A DNA stretch of 64,000 nucleotides, from the NCBI GenBank assembly GCA_040755455.1, contig JBFMAY010000005.1:32001-96000 (forward strand), given 5' to 3'. This stretch comes from Thermodesulfobacteriota bacterium. Its GTDB lineage: Bacteria > Desulfobacterota > Desulfobulbia > Desulfobulbales > SURF-16. The first letter of the stretch is position 1, and each line of letters begins with the position of its first letter. Position numbers and translations under genes: made by a program. The notes beneath the pieces are model-generated. The model worked only from the letters and a program-made list of their open reading frames with translations. It did no database searches and was not told the origin of the DNA. Positions 49,124-58,692 of this stretch are shown here, piece after piece.

Positions 49124-50875
49124 ATGGCTGACGATAATCTCCCCAATCTTCCCAATCAAAAGGATCTTGAAAAGGAAATCGCTGACTATTTAAGCAGGAA
49201 ATACGGAGGACAGGTTAAGATCGTTTCCACCGGTTTTTTACCCCATCCTGAAAAGAAGGGCGAAAAGAAACAGAAAATTGCCACGCAGAAGAAGACGCCC
49301 TTTCATTTTGATCTGAAACCTGAAGAGCTTGCCGCCTATCTTGATGAATATGTCATCCGGCAGGATGATGCCAAGGCGATTCTCGCCACCAAGATCTGTA
49401 CCCATTTCAACCGTATCCGCCACGAGTCGGAAAAGCCGAGGACCCAGGCGGCCGGCCGGATCAAGAGCAATGTTCTGCTCATCGGACCAACCGGTGTCGG
49501 CAAGACCTATCTGATCAAACTCATTGCCCGGCATATCGGGGTGCCTTTTGTCAAAGGTGATGCCACCAAGTTCAGTGAGACAGGCTATGTCGGCGGTGAT
49601 GTCGAGGATCTGGTGCGGGATCTGGTCAGAGAGGCTGATGGCGACATTGACCGGGCCCAGTATGGCATCATCTATGTGGATGAAATTGATAAGATCGCCT
49701 CATCGCCTTTCCGCATTGGCGCCGACGTGTCACGCACCGGCGTGCAGCGGGCTTTCTTAAAGCCCATGGAGGAGACCGAAGTTGAGATGAAGGTGTCCCA
49801 TGATCCCATTTCCCAGCTCGAGGCCATGGAGCATTACCGGGCCACGGGCAAGCGGGAAAAAAGGGTCATCAACACCAGAAATATCCTCTTTATCATGAGT
49901 GGCGCCTTTTCCGGATTGGAAAAGACCATCAAGAAGAGGGTGCAGCAGCAATCCATTGGTTTTGAAAAAACCATCTCTTCCGGCCGGGAAGATACCCGGC
50001 TTCTCAAACAGGTCAAGGCCGAGGATCTGATTGACTTCGGTTTTGAAAGCGAGTTTGTCGGCCGCTTGCCCGTGGTCGCCGTGCTTGATGAGTTAGGGGA
50101 AGAAGATCTTTACCAGATTCTGATCAACCCGAACAGCCCGGTTGTCGTGGCAAAAAAACAGGATTTCGCCGCCTATGGCATTCATCTGCAGTTTGAGGAG
50201 GATGCCCTGCGGGTGATTGCCGCCAAAGCGGTCAAGGAACGGACCGGGGCTCGGGGTTTGGTCAGCGTCATGGAGCACGTGTTGCTGCACTTTGAAAAAA
50301 CACTGCCCTCTTCGACGGTGCGCTATCTTGTTGTTTCTCCGGAGCTGGTGGAAAATCCTCTGCAGCAGCTCCAGATTCTCCTGGCCGATGCGAGCGTCCA
50401 GGAATCACAGCGGATCCGCTATCATGAATTCATGGCCCATGAATTCGCCAGGATTGTCAGCTTTATCCGGGAAAAACAGGAAAATCTGTTGAAGGCGGAA
50501 CATGTTACTCCCTCGGAAGGGAGGCTCGAACTGCTGGCCCATCAGTGCCAGACGCAAATCATCGATCCCCGGGATGCCTGTAAGGAATTTATCGTCCTTG
50601 TCCGGCAGATCCGCGAATGTGCAAAGCTCATTTCCGAAGAATATGGGCTGCAGGTCAGCTTTGCTGATGAGGCGATTGACCTGATTGTGGTACATGCATC
50701 ATGGAATCAGACGGGAGTTGTCGAACGTTGCGAAGAGATTTTTAATTCATTTGAGTATGGTCTCAAGCTCATCCAGCAGAGAAACGATGTCAATGATATT
50801 CTGATCACCGCCAAGGGGGTGGAAAATCCCGATCTTTTCATCAATGACCTGGTGGCGGAGATATTCCGTTTGTAA
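49124..50875 (+). CDS. ClpX-like AAA+ ATPase without Zn-binding domain, with long C-terminal extension
   Basis: KSNVLLIGPTGVGKT, DATKFSETGYVGGDVE, YVDEIDKI, IGF loop, EFVGRLP, TGARGL. Confidence 0.85.
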   Translation: MADDNLPNLPNQKDLEKEIADYLSRKYGGQVKIVSTGFLPHPEKKGEKKQKIATQKKTPFHFDLKPEELAAYLDEYVIRQDDAKAILATKICTHFNRIRHESEKPRTQAAGRIKSNVLLIGPTGVGKTYLIKLIARHIGVPFVKGDATKFSETGYVGGDVEDLVRDLVREADGDIDRAQYGIIYVDEIDKIASSPFRIGADVSRTGVQRAFLKPMEETEVEMKVSHDPISQLEAMEHYRATGKREKRVINTRNILFIMSGAFSGLEKTIKKRVQQQSIGFEKTISSGREDTRLLKQVKAEDLIDFGFESEFVGRLPVVAVLDELGEEDLYQILINPNSPVVVAKKQDFAAYGIHLQFEEDALRVIAAKAVKERTGARGLVSVMEHVLLHFEKTLPSSTVRYLVVSPELVENPLQQLQILLADASVQESQRIRYHEFMAHEFARIVSFIREKQENLLKAEHVTPSEGRLELLAHQCQTQIIDPRDACKEFIVLVRQIRECAKLISEEYGLQVSFADEAIDLIVVHASWNQTGVVERCEEIFNSFEYGLKLIQQRNDVNDILITAKGVENPDLFINDLVAEIFRL

Positions 50876-50918
50876 TTCATTGTAAAACCTTGAACTCTTT
50901 TTCCCGGAGGAAATGTAA

Positions 50919-51893
50919 ATGGTCTTTCCAGATTATCGTCCCCGCAGATTCCGGCGCAACGCCCAGTTGCGTTCTTTGATCCGCGAAACCCGCCTGTCGG
51001 CCGAGCAGTTCATCTATCCTCTTTTTATCATGCCCGGCAAGGGACTGAAAGAGGAGGTGCCCTCCATGCCCGGAGTTTTCCGCATGTCGGTCGATCAGCT
51101 CGGCAAAGAGGCCAAAGAGCTTATGGAGCTGGGCCTGAACCACGTGATTCTGTTCGGCCTGCCTGAGAAAAAGGATCCCATGGGCTCGGGGGCCCATGCC
51201 AAGGACGGCATCATCCAGAAGGCCATCAAGGAACTCAAGAACAAGGCGCCGGAACTGATGGTGACCACCGATGTCTGTCTCTGTGAATACACCAGCCATG
51301 GCCATTGCGGTGTGCTGATCAACAAACAGGTCGACAATGATGCAACCCTGGAGATCCTGGGCCAGGTGGCGCTTTCCCATGCCAAGGCCGGCGCCGATAT
51401 CGTCGCCCCATCCGACATGATGGACGGCCGGGTGGCGGAAATCCGGGGAATGCTCGATGAGAATGGTTTTGACATGGTGCCCATCATGTCCTATGCGGTC
51501 AAATACGCCTCGGCCTTTTACGGGCCTTTCCGGGACGCGGCGGAATGCGCCCCCCAGGAGGGCGACCGCCAGGGGTATCAGATGGACCCGGCCAATAGCC
51601 GGGAGGCCCTGCGCGAGGCCACCCTTGATGTGGATGAGGGGGCGGACATCCTCATGGTAAAACCCGCCGTGGCCTATCTGGATATCATCAGAAGTCTGCG
51701 GGAGGAATTCGACCTGCCCATTGCCGCATACCATGTGAGCGGCGAGTATGCCATGATCAAGGCCGCCGCCCAGCGGGGGTGGATTGACGGGGAGAGGGTA
51801 ATGGCCGAGACCCTGCTGTCCATCCACCGGGCCGGAGCTGACATCATTATCACTTACGGGGCAAAGGAGATGGCCCGAATGCTGAATGGCTGA
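50919..51893 (+). CDS. hemB: Porphobilinogen synthase (ALA dehydratase)
   Basis: [43 protein letters not shown]. Confidence 0.97.
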   Translation: MVFPDYRPRRFRRNAQLRSLIRETRLSAEQFIYPLFIMPGKGLKEEVPSMPGVFRMSVDQLGKEAKELMELGLNHVILFGLPEKKDPMGSGAHAKDGIIQKAIKELKNKAPELMVTTDVCLCEYTSHGHCGVLINKQVDNDATLEILGQVALSHAKAGADIVAPSDMMDGRVAEIRGMLDENGFDMVPIMSYAVKYASAFYGPFRDAAECAPQEGDRQGYQMDPANSREALREATLDVDEGADILMVKPAVAYLDIIRSLREEFDLPIAAYHVSGEYAMIKAAAQRGWIDGERVMAETLLSIHRAGADIIITYGAKEMARMLNG

Positions 51894-51920
51894 CCATCGC
51901 CCTGTAAAAAAGAAAACAGG

Positions 51921-51964
51921 CCGGCTATGACTGCTTGAGCAAAGCTGCCATAGCCGGTTTTTTT
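51921..51964 (+). terminator. Intrinsic terminator after hemB
   Basis: CCGGCTATG...CATAGCCGG followed by T7. Confidence 0.7.
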
Positions 51965-52015
51965 ATTACGGCAGCGGGCAGGAATTTGCGATTTTTTTTG
52001 CTAATGGAGGGGCGG

Positions 52016-52564
52016 ATGATGGATGTGAGCGAGGCAATCAAAGGGCGAAGAAGTATCCGCAGGTTTAAAAACCAGGATGTCTCCGGTGAGCAGCTGGCAA
52101 AGCTTCTTGCCGCGGTGCGCTGGGCGCCCTCCTGGGGCAACTCCCAGTGCTGGGAGATCATTGTGGTCCGTGACCGGGCAAACAAGCAGCAACTGCATAA
52201 CGCTCTCAGCCCAAGAAACCCGGCACGTCCTGCCGTGACCGATGCCCCGGTGGTGCTGGTGCTGGGGGCGGCAATGAAGAAGTCTGGCCACTACAAAGGT
52301 GAAAGTCTTACCCGATTTACCGAGTGGTTCATGTATGATCTGGGCCTGGCCACCCAGAACCTCTGTCTCACCGCCCACAGCCTCGGCCTCGGTTCGGTTG
52401 TTGCCGGGGCCTTTGACCATGACCGGGTAAAGGAAATTCTCGGCGTGCCGGCAGGATATGAGGTGGTGACCATGATCCCGATCGGCTATCCTGACCATGA
52501 ACCTTCAGCCCCGAAAAGGAAGGAGACAGCAGAGTTTACCCATTATGAACACTTCTCCCGCTGA
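52016..52564 (+). CDS. Nitroreductase family protein
   Basis: RRSIRRF, APSWGNSQ, NLCLTAHSLGLGS, IGYP; GGAGG RBS. Confidence 0.92.
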   Translation: MMDVSEAIKGRRSIRRFKNQDVSGEQLAKLLAAVRWAPSWGNSQCWEIIVVRDRANKQQLHNALSPRNPARPAVTDAPVVLVLGAAMKKSGHYKGESLTRFTEWFMYDLGLATQNLCLTAHSLGLGSVVAGAFDHDRVKEILGVPAGYEVVTMIPIGYPDHEPSAPKRKETAEFTHYEHFSR

Positions 52565-52580
52565 GGCTTTTGCCATCGCC

Positions 52581-53225
52581 TTATTCAAACTGTTTTCTGA
52601 AGGCAAGGAAGGCGGCTTTCAGGTCCTGCAGCTCCTGCTGCAGCAGGGTGATTTCCTGCTCCAGTTTCTCCAGGCGTTCATCCTGCCGCTCCTGCCGGAC
52701 GGGTGTGTGTTCTGCAGGCAGACCGGGCAGCGCTGTTTGGGGTTCGCCTGACAGCAGATGCATGAACCGGCATTCCTTGCGTCCGGGCTGCTTGGCCAGC
52801 CTGGTCAGCAAGCCCATTTCGTTCAGATCGTCAAGCTTTGCCTCCACCTCCGCAATGTCATTGAATTGATAAAGTCGTTCCGTTCTGCCCCGCAGTTCCC
52901 CTGCTGTCTGGGGGCCGCGCAGGAGAAGCAGGCAGATGAGCGCAGCCTCTTTATCAAGCAGATTGTTCTTGGTGACGAAGTTCTCTTCATATTTGGTTAC
53001 CCGGGAAGCATCGCTCTGCAGGGCCAGCCGTTTTTCCTTCAGGCGGCTGAGCGCTCCGATGACGGTGGCCTCATCATAGTTGACCACCGGTTCCCGGTTT
53101 GACTTCTGGTTGCAGGCATTCACCAGGGCATTGAGAGATAGGGGGTAATATTCAGGGGTTGCCATCTCCTTTTCCAGCAGGCAGCCCAGCACCCTGACTT
53201 CCACATCGTCCAGCAGTTCTTCCAT
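52581..53225 (-). CDS. YceH/UPF0502 (DUF480) protein
   Basis: RVLGCLLEK..TPEYYPLSLNAL..ACNQKSNREPV, LLLRGPQTAGELR; AAGGAG RBS. Confidence 0.92.
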   Translation of the reverse strand: MEELLDDVEVRVLGCLLEKEMATPEYYPLSLNALVNACNQKSNREPVVNYDEATVIGALSRLKEKRLALQSDASRVTKYEENFVTKNNLLDKEAALICLLLLRGPQTAGELRGRTERLYQFNDIAEVEAKLDDLNEMGLLTRLAKQPGRKECRFMHLLSGEPQTALPGLPAEHTPVRQERQDERLEKLEQEITLLQQELQDLKAAFLAFRKQFE

Positions 53226-53437
53226 ATCAATTCTCCTTGCAGACCGGATAACATTTTTGTACTCACACAGCAACCGGCTCCGCAGGATTTCATGTTCAGA
53301 AGAAAGCCCTGCGATATTTTAAGCCGGCAAGACAAAAAACAGTTCATGATACATGCAAAAAATATTTCATGCCACAGGCTTTCCTCTTCTTGGCTTGCCT
53401 GCACAAGGCGGTAATCGATTCTGGACGGCGTGCCGCT

Positions 53438-54571
53438 TCAGTTTGCGGAGCTGCTGCGCCTTAGCTCAAACAGGGTGATTTCCGGCGGAGACAGGACCCG
53501 CATGGGCGGCCCCCACGTGCCGGTGCCGCGGCTGACGTACAGCCGGGAGCCGGAAGCAAGGTGATAGAGTCCGTCCTGCCGGGGGTATTTGAGGCTCGAG
53601 AGGAAATTGAAGGGAAATATCTGCCCCCGGTGGGTATGGCCGGAGAGCTGCAGATCAAAGAGTTGCGGGCCATCCTCGCTGACGGTGGGACGATGTTTGA
53701 GGAAAATGGTGAAGAGCCCCGATGCGTGGGCCTGCAGAATGGCGTTTTCATCCACGGCCTTATGGTGGATCTGTTCATCATCGATGCCGACCAGCCCGAC
53801 CACTCCGCCGACGCCTAAGCCGGTATTGCGCAGCACCGTAAAACCGCTGCGCTGCAGGAAGTCGAGGGTCTGGCTGAGCCCGGCATACATTTCATGGTTG
53901 CCGAGTATGGCAAATTTCCCCAGGGGCGGGGCAATCTCCCGCCACATGCTGCTCAGGCCATCCAGATGGTTGATCTGGGCATCAACCACATCACCGGTGG
54001 CAACCAGCAGGTCGGGTTTGAGTTCTTTGAGCCGGGCGATAACCGGCTCAAGAAAGGCCCCGCGGTTGAGCAGGCCGAGATGGAGATCCGAGATGTGGAC
54101 GACCCGTACAAGCTCTGTCCCGGCCGGCAGTTTGTCAGTGGTGATGGGAACGGTGACCGTGTGGATATTTTTTGCCTCATTATAGCCATAGACGCCGGTG
54201 GCCAGCGTCATGAGGAGAACGGCCGCGGCAGTGAGCGGTCCGTGCAGGGGCAGGCGGGGCAGGCCGGCGGTGATGAGGTGCAGCAGCCGGGAAAAGAGTT
54301 CGACCAGGCCGATTGCCGCAAACATGCTGCAGGCGAGGAAAAGCAGCCCCATCCAGATAAAGCCGGTCAGCGCCAGCAGCCGGGCGGTCTGGGGACTGCC
54401 GCCTGCGTCAAGCAGCCGCACCGCAAACGGGGCGATAATCATCAAAAACATCCACAGCAGCACGGCGGCGGTAAGATACCGATGGCCGGCCAGCAGGGGG
54501 TGGATGCCCCGGAAAACCAGGCCATGCATGGCGGTATAGATGGAAACGGCAACAGCAAGGAAAAGGATCAT
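53438..54571 (-). CDS. Membrane-anchored metallophosphoesterase
   Basis: N-terminal TMs; DLH, GD, GNHE, H, GHTH motifs. Confidence 0.92.
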   Translation of the reverse strand: MILFLAVAVSIYTAMHGLVFRGIHPLLAGHRYLTAAVLLWMFLMIIAPFAVRLLDAGGSPQTARLLALTGFIWMGLLFLACSMFAAIGLVELFSRLLHLITAGLPRLPLHGPLTAAAVLLMTLATGVYGYNEAKNIHTVTVPITTDKLPAGTELVRVVHISDLHLGLLNRGAFLEPVIARLKELKPDLLVATGDVVDAQINHLDGLSSMWREIAPPLGKFAILGNHEMYAGLSQTLDFLQRSGFTVLRNTGLGVGGVVGLVGIDDEQIHHKAVDENAILQAHASGLFTIFLKHRPTVSEDGPQLFDLQLSGHTHRGQIFPFNFLSSLKYPRQDGLYHLASGSRLYVSRGTGTWGPPMRVLSPPEITLFELRRSSSAN

Positions 54572-54592
54572 AGGCTCAGGTTGGCAGTTGCT

Positions 54593-56179
54593 TTAACTGA
54601 AGAGGGCGAAAACCTTGTCAATGAATTGCTCTTTGCTGAACGGTTTGGTGATGAAATCGGAAACGCCGGCCTGTCGTGCCAGCTCCGTCTGTGATTTTTC
54701 CGACTCGGTGCTGGCCATGAGAATAGGGATATCCAGTTTCAGGGAGTTGCGGATTTCCTTCACCAGCTCAACCCCGTCCATATTGGGCATGTTGAGGTCC
54801 GTGACCAGCAGGTCGACCCGCTGTCCTGACTTGAGCAGATCAAAGGCCTGCTGGCCGTCCTCCGCCGTGGTCAGGCAGACATTCCTGCCGGCCAGGGCGG
54901 AGGTATAGAAAAAGAGCATGGCCTTGGAATCGTCGGCGGCCAGGATGAATTTTTCTCCTGCCCCCTGAGCGCCGATCTCCAGTTTTTTCAGCAGCGCCGC
55001 GGCCTTTTCCCCGGCCATGGAAGTCAGTAACTCCTTGAAAAAGGTGATGGACTCGCGGTTGTGACTTGCCGCCAGTATGTCGATCAGTTCATCGAGAAAT
55101 CCGCCATCCTGAAAAACGGCGGTAAACAGTTTGCCGGCCCTGGTGGCCACCAGGGCGGCCAGGATTCTTGCCCGCTGGCCGGCATCTTTGTGCAAGGCCT
55201 CGATGAGGGCCTTGGCCACCCCGGGATTGTATATGTCGTTGAGCGCGGTGATCACCGCGATAAGGATTATCTCGTCGCTCTCTGCCAGTCCGTCCGTCAG
55301 GCCGACGATGCTGCGCATGGAGGGGATGCGGCCAAGGGCCTCGTAGGCGGCGAATTTCAGATTGGCGTCAATAGCCTCATGGGAGTCGAGCAGGTCGGTG
55401 ATGATATTGGCGCCGTTTTTGTGACCGATGAGGCCGATGATGTTGGCCGTCATGATCTTTTCATCCTTGTCGCCGGTGGACAGAACCCCGGCAAGCAAAG
55501 GCAGTGCAGCTTCACCGGCCTTGATCACCTGTTGATGAACGATTTTGCGGATGGTCGGATTGTGGTTATGGATATGGGAGATGAGGAAGGCGATGGTTTT
55601 TTCATCAGTGAATCCACCGAGCTTGGCAAAGGCAAGCCCTACTCCCAGGCACTCGTCCGTCCTGCCGTCCGGGCAGACTGACGATATATAGCTGCAGAGG
55701 GCGTCACGGCCCCGGGCCTCGCCGCTGCTGGCGGCCTTGTCCATGGCCAGTCCGGCAATGGTGGCATCCTGATGGTGAATATAGGGCAGGAGAATGTCGA
55801 GAATCTCCGGCGCCTCCATTTTAGCCAGGGAACGCACGGTTTCCGTGAGCAGTTCCGTTTCATGGCCGCTGGCCTGCAGGAGCTCCACCAGCCGGGGCCG
55901 GGCCCCATCGATATGGTTTTCGCCGGCGGCCTTGACGCACAGCCTCCTCACCCGGGGCGAACCGTGGTCAAGCCCGGCGAGAATGGCGGCCTCCCGGCCC
56001 TTGAGCAGACTGATCAGGGCATGATAGACCATTTCGTCCACCGCCACGTCCGCCAGGGGGACTGCGTATATCTCAAACAGGGCGGGGATGGCTTCATGCT
56101 GACCGTTTGCCTGGATTTCATCCAGGATGGTGATCTGTTCGATCATGTCCTTGCCGGAAAAATTCTGCAGTATATCCAT
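54593..56179 (-). CDS. HEAT/PBS-repeat protein with C-terminal receiver domain
   Basis: Helical repeats (e.g. AAYEALGRI); receiver AADDS...TDLNMP...STE...KPF. Confidence 0.85.
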   Translation of the reverse strand: MDILQNFSGKDMIEQITILDEIQANGQHEAIPALFEIYAVPLADVAVDEMVYHALISLLKGREAAILAGLDHGSPRVRRLCVKAAGENHIDGARPRLVELLQASGHETELLTETVRSLAKMEAPEILDILLPYIHHQDATIAGLAMDKAASSGEARGRDALCSYISSVCPDGRTDECLGVGLAFAKLGGFTDEKTIAFLISHIHNHNPTIRKIVHQQVIKAGEAALPLLAGVLSTGDKDEKIMTANIIGLIGHKNGANIITDLLDSHEAIDANLKFAAYEALGRIPSMRSIVGLTDGLAESDEIILIAVITALNDIYNPGVAKALIEALHKDAGQRARILAALVATRAGKLFTAVFQDGGFLDELIDILAASHNRESITFFKELLTSMAGEKAAALLKKLEIGAQGAGEKFILAADDSKAMLFFYTSALAGRNVCLTTAEDGQQAFDLLKSGQRVDLLVTDLNMPNMDGVELVKEIRNSLKLDIPILMASTESEKSQTELARQAGVSDFITKPFSKEQFIDKVFALFS

Positions 56180-56197
56180 AGTGTCCTCACTATTCTG

Positions 56198-57271
56198 TTA
56201 ATTTCGTTGGGCAACGATTCTGGCTGCCAGCTCGGCAAGGGGCACGATCTCGTCCACCGCGCCCAGCTTGATGGCCACCTGGGGCATGCCGAAGACAACG
56301 CAGCTCTCTTCGTTCTGGGCAATGGTTTTTGCCCCGGCCTCTTTCATCTCCAGCAGTCCCTTGGCCCCGTCATCACCCATGCCGGTCATGATGATGCCAG
56401 TGGCATTCTTGCCGGCATAACGGGCGGTGGAGCGGAAAAGAACATCAACCGAGGGGCGGTGGCGGCAGACCAGCGGGCCGTCCTTGACCTCCACATAATA
56501 GCGGGCTCCGCTCCGTTGCAGCAGGGTGTGCTTGTTGCCGGGGGCAATCAGCACCTGTCCCTGCAGCACCGTGTCGCCGTTTTCCGCCTCCTTGACCCGG
56601 ACCTGGCACAGCTCGTCAAGCCTCTTGGCAAAGGCCTTGGTAAAACCTTCCGGCATGTGCTGGACCACGATAATACCCGGAATGTCAACGGGAAGCTTGG
56701 TCAGCACTTTTTTCAATGCCTCGGTGCCGCCGGTTGAGGCGCCGATTGCCACCACCCTCTCGGTGGTCTTGACCATTGCCGCTTTTTTGGCAGGAGCGAT
56801 AACCGCATCGGCGGAGAGTTTCTTCGCTGGCCGATAAGTGGCCTTGGTTGCAGGAATTTTTTTGACCTGCACCTTGGCGGCGGCCTTCACGCTGTCGCAG
56901 ATGAGGATTTTTGATTCTTCGATAAATTGTCTGGCCCCAAGCTTTGGTTTGGTGATGATGTTGACCGCCCCGTACTCAAGGGCCCGGATGGTGGTCTCCT
57001 CCCCCTTTTCCGTGAGGCTTGAGCACATAACCACCGGAATGGGGTGCTGGCTCATGAGTTTGCCTAAAAAGGTCAGGCCGTCCATGCGCGGCATTTCCAC
57101 GTCCAGGGTTATGACGTCCGGTTTTTCCTTTTCGATCCTCTCGGCTGCGACAAAGGGATCACCGGCCGGGTTCATGACCTCGATCAGCGGATCGGAACGC
57201 AGCACCTCACTTAAGGCCTGGCGGACCACCGCTGAATCATCAATTATGAGAACTTTGATTTTCCGGGGCAT
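56198..57271 (-). CDS. cheB: Chemotaxis methylesterase
   Basis: Receiver plus GASTGG, QHMP, RPSVD, TGMGDDG. Confidence 0.96.
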   Translation of the reverse strand: MPRKIKVLIIDDSAVVRQALSEVLRSDPLIEVMNPAGDPFVAAERIEKEKPDVITLDVEMPRMDGLTFLGKLMSQHPIPVVMCSSLTEKGEETTIRALEYGAVNIITKPKLGARQFIEESKILICDSVKAAAKVQVKKIPATKATYRPAKKLSADAVIAPAKKAAMVKTTERVVAIGASTGGTEALKKVLTKLPVDIPGIIVVQHMPEGFTKAFAKRLDELCQVRVKEAENGDTVLQGQVLIAPGNKHTLLQRSGARYYVEVKDGPLVCRHRPSVDVLFRSTARYAGKNATGIIMTGMGDDGAKGLLEMKEAGAKTIAQNEESCVVFGMPQVAIKLGAVDEIVPLAELAARIVAQRN

Positions 57272-57322
57272 GTATCGGTAAGCTTTTGCGCTTCTTTTCT
57301 CAATTAAATGGGACCGAACAGG

Positions 57323-57814
57323 TCACAACCTGCTCAGGTATACGTCGCCGCTGCCGGAGTTGAAGAAGAGTTTATAGCCCTTATGGCCCCCCACACATTC
57401 GGCGACCAGGGGTATTCCCAGACTTTTCAGAACATTTCTGGCCATATCCACATTGGCCGGACCGACTCGTAAGGATGCGCCTGATGCCGGTGCGCTTTTG
57501 GCTGTCATGATGGCGCCGCCGAAAAGTTTGGCCTGCATGCCCTGCAGAGGGAGTCCTGCCTCTTTAAGGGCTTTCATCATCCTGGGCAGGGTGCTGTCCA
57601 CATAACGGTAACCCCGGTTTTCGCCGTCGTGGTCGCCCACCGGCAACAGACAATGACACATGGCTCCTGCCCGGTGAACCGGATGGAAGAGACATACCGT
57701 CACACAGGAGCCGAGAATGGTGGTGACAAGTTTGGGTTCCCTGGAGAGAAAAAGATCTCCGGGGTGCAGCCAGACCAGAGGAAGCTGCGCTATTAAATGC
57801 TTTATTTTTTGCAT
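57323..57814 (-). CDS. cheD: Chemoreceptor glutamine deamidase
   Basis: TILGSCV, AMCHCLLP, AKLFGG. Confidence 0.93.
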   Translation of the reverse strand: MQKIKHLIAQLPLVWLHPGDLFLSREPKLVTTILGSCVTVCLFHPVHRAGAMCHCLLPVGDHDGENRGYRYVDSTLPRMMKALKEAGLPLQGMQAKLFGGAIMTAKSAPASGASLRVGPANVDMARNVLKSLGIPLVAECVGGHKGYKLFFNSGSGDVYLSRL

Positions 57815-58692
57815 TGATATACTGAGGACTCAACCTTAGCGAATTTTTCTTCCATGCCATGCAGGTTTTCCGAATGACCGAGAAACAGGAAGCCGTTCGG
57901 TTGCAGGTTGCCATGGAACTTGTGAAACAGTTGCCTCTGTGTTTGCTGGTCAAAATAGATAATCACGTTTCTGCAGAAAATAATGTCAAACGCGGATTTG
58001 AATCCGAAATTTCTGTCCATGAGGTTGACACGTTGAAAACAGATCCGCTGCCGCAGTTCCGGGACGATCCGATGATAGCCGGCCTGATTGCCTTTGCCCT
58101 TCATGAAATATCTGAAGAGCAGCATTTTCGGAACAGGGCCTAACGTCTCATCATCATAAGTACCCTGGATTGCCTCATCAAGCACCTGATTATTGATGTC
58201 GGTTGCCGTAATGGCAAAGCTGAACCATGGATTTTGCCGCTGGTATTCAGCCAGAACCATGGCCAGCGTATAGGGCTCTTCCCCGCTGGAACAGCCGGCG
58301 CTCCATACCCGGAAAATCCTGCCGGCGCTCTGCCGCAGCTCCGGCGCCATGTGGGGCAGCAGGTTGCGGGACAGGAAATCAAAATGGGCCTTTTCCCGGA
58401 AGAAATCGGTTTTGTTGGTGCTGACGGCATCAATGAGCTGGCTCCACTCATTATGGCGTCCCGCCGGACTCATGACATAGTCAATATATTCTTTAAAAGA
58501 CGGATAGCCGAGCGTTTTGAGGCGCTTCCTCAGCCGGGAACTGACCATCGTCTTTTTCGCCAGGGGCAGATTGATGCCCCATTGGTCATAGATAAGGCTG
58601 CTCAACCTGCGGAATTCCTTGTCAGAGAGCAGCAGCGCATATTCGTCGGTCAGATCGGCCAGGCTGATTTTTCCGCTACTGTCGGCGAACAT
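57802..58692 (-). CDS. cheR: Chemotaxis methyltransferase
   Basis: STNKTDFFRE, WSAGCSSGEEPYT, FCRNVIIYF, LGHSE. Start is uncertain. Confidence 0.95.
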   Translation of the reverse strand: MFADSSGKISLADLTDEYALLLSDKEFRRLSSLIYDQWGINLPLAKKTMVSSRLRKRLKTLGYPSFKEYIDYVMSPAGRHNEWSQLIDAVSTNKTDFFREKAHFDFLSRNLLPHMAPELRQSAGRIFRVWSAGCSSGEEPYTLAMVLAEYQRQNPWFSFAITATDINNQVLDEAIQGTYDDETLGPVPKMLLFRYFMKGKGNQAGYHRIVPELRQRICFQRVNLMDRNFGFKSAFDIIFCRNVIIYFDQQTQRQLFHKFHGNLQPNGFLFLGHSENLHGMEEKFAKVESSVYQCKK

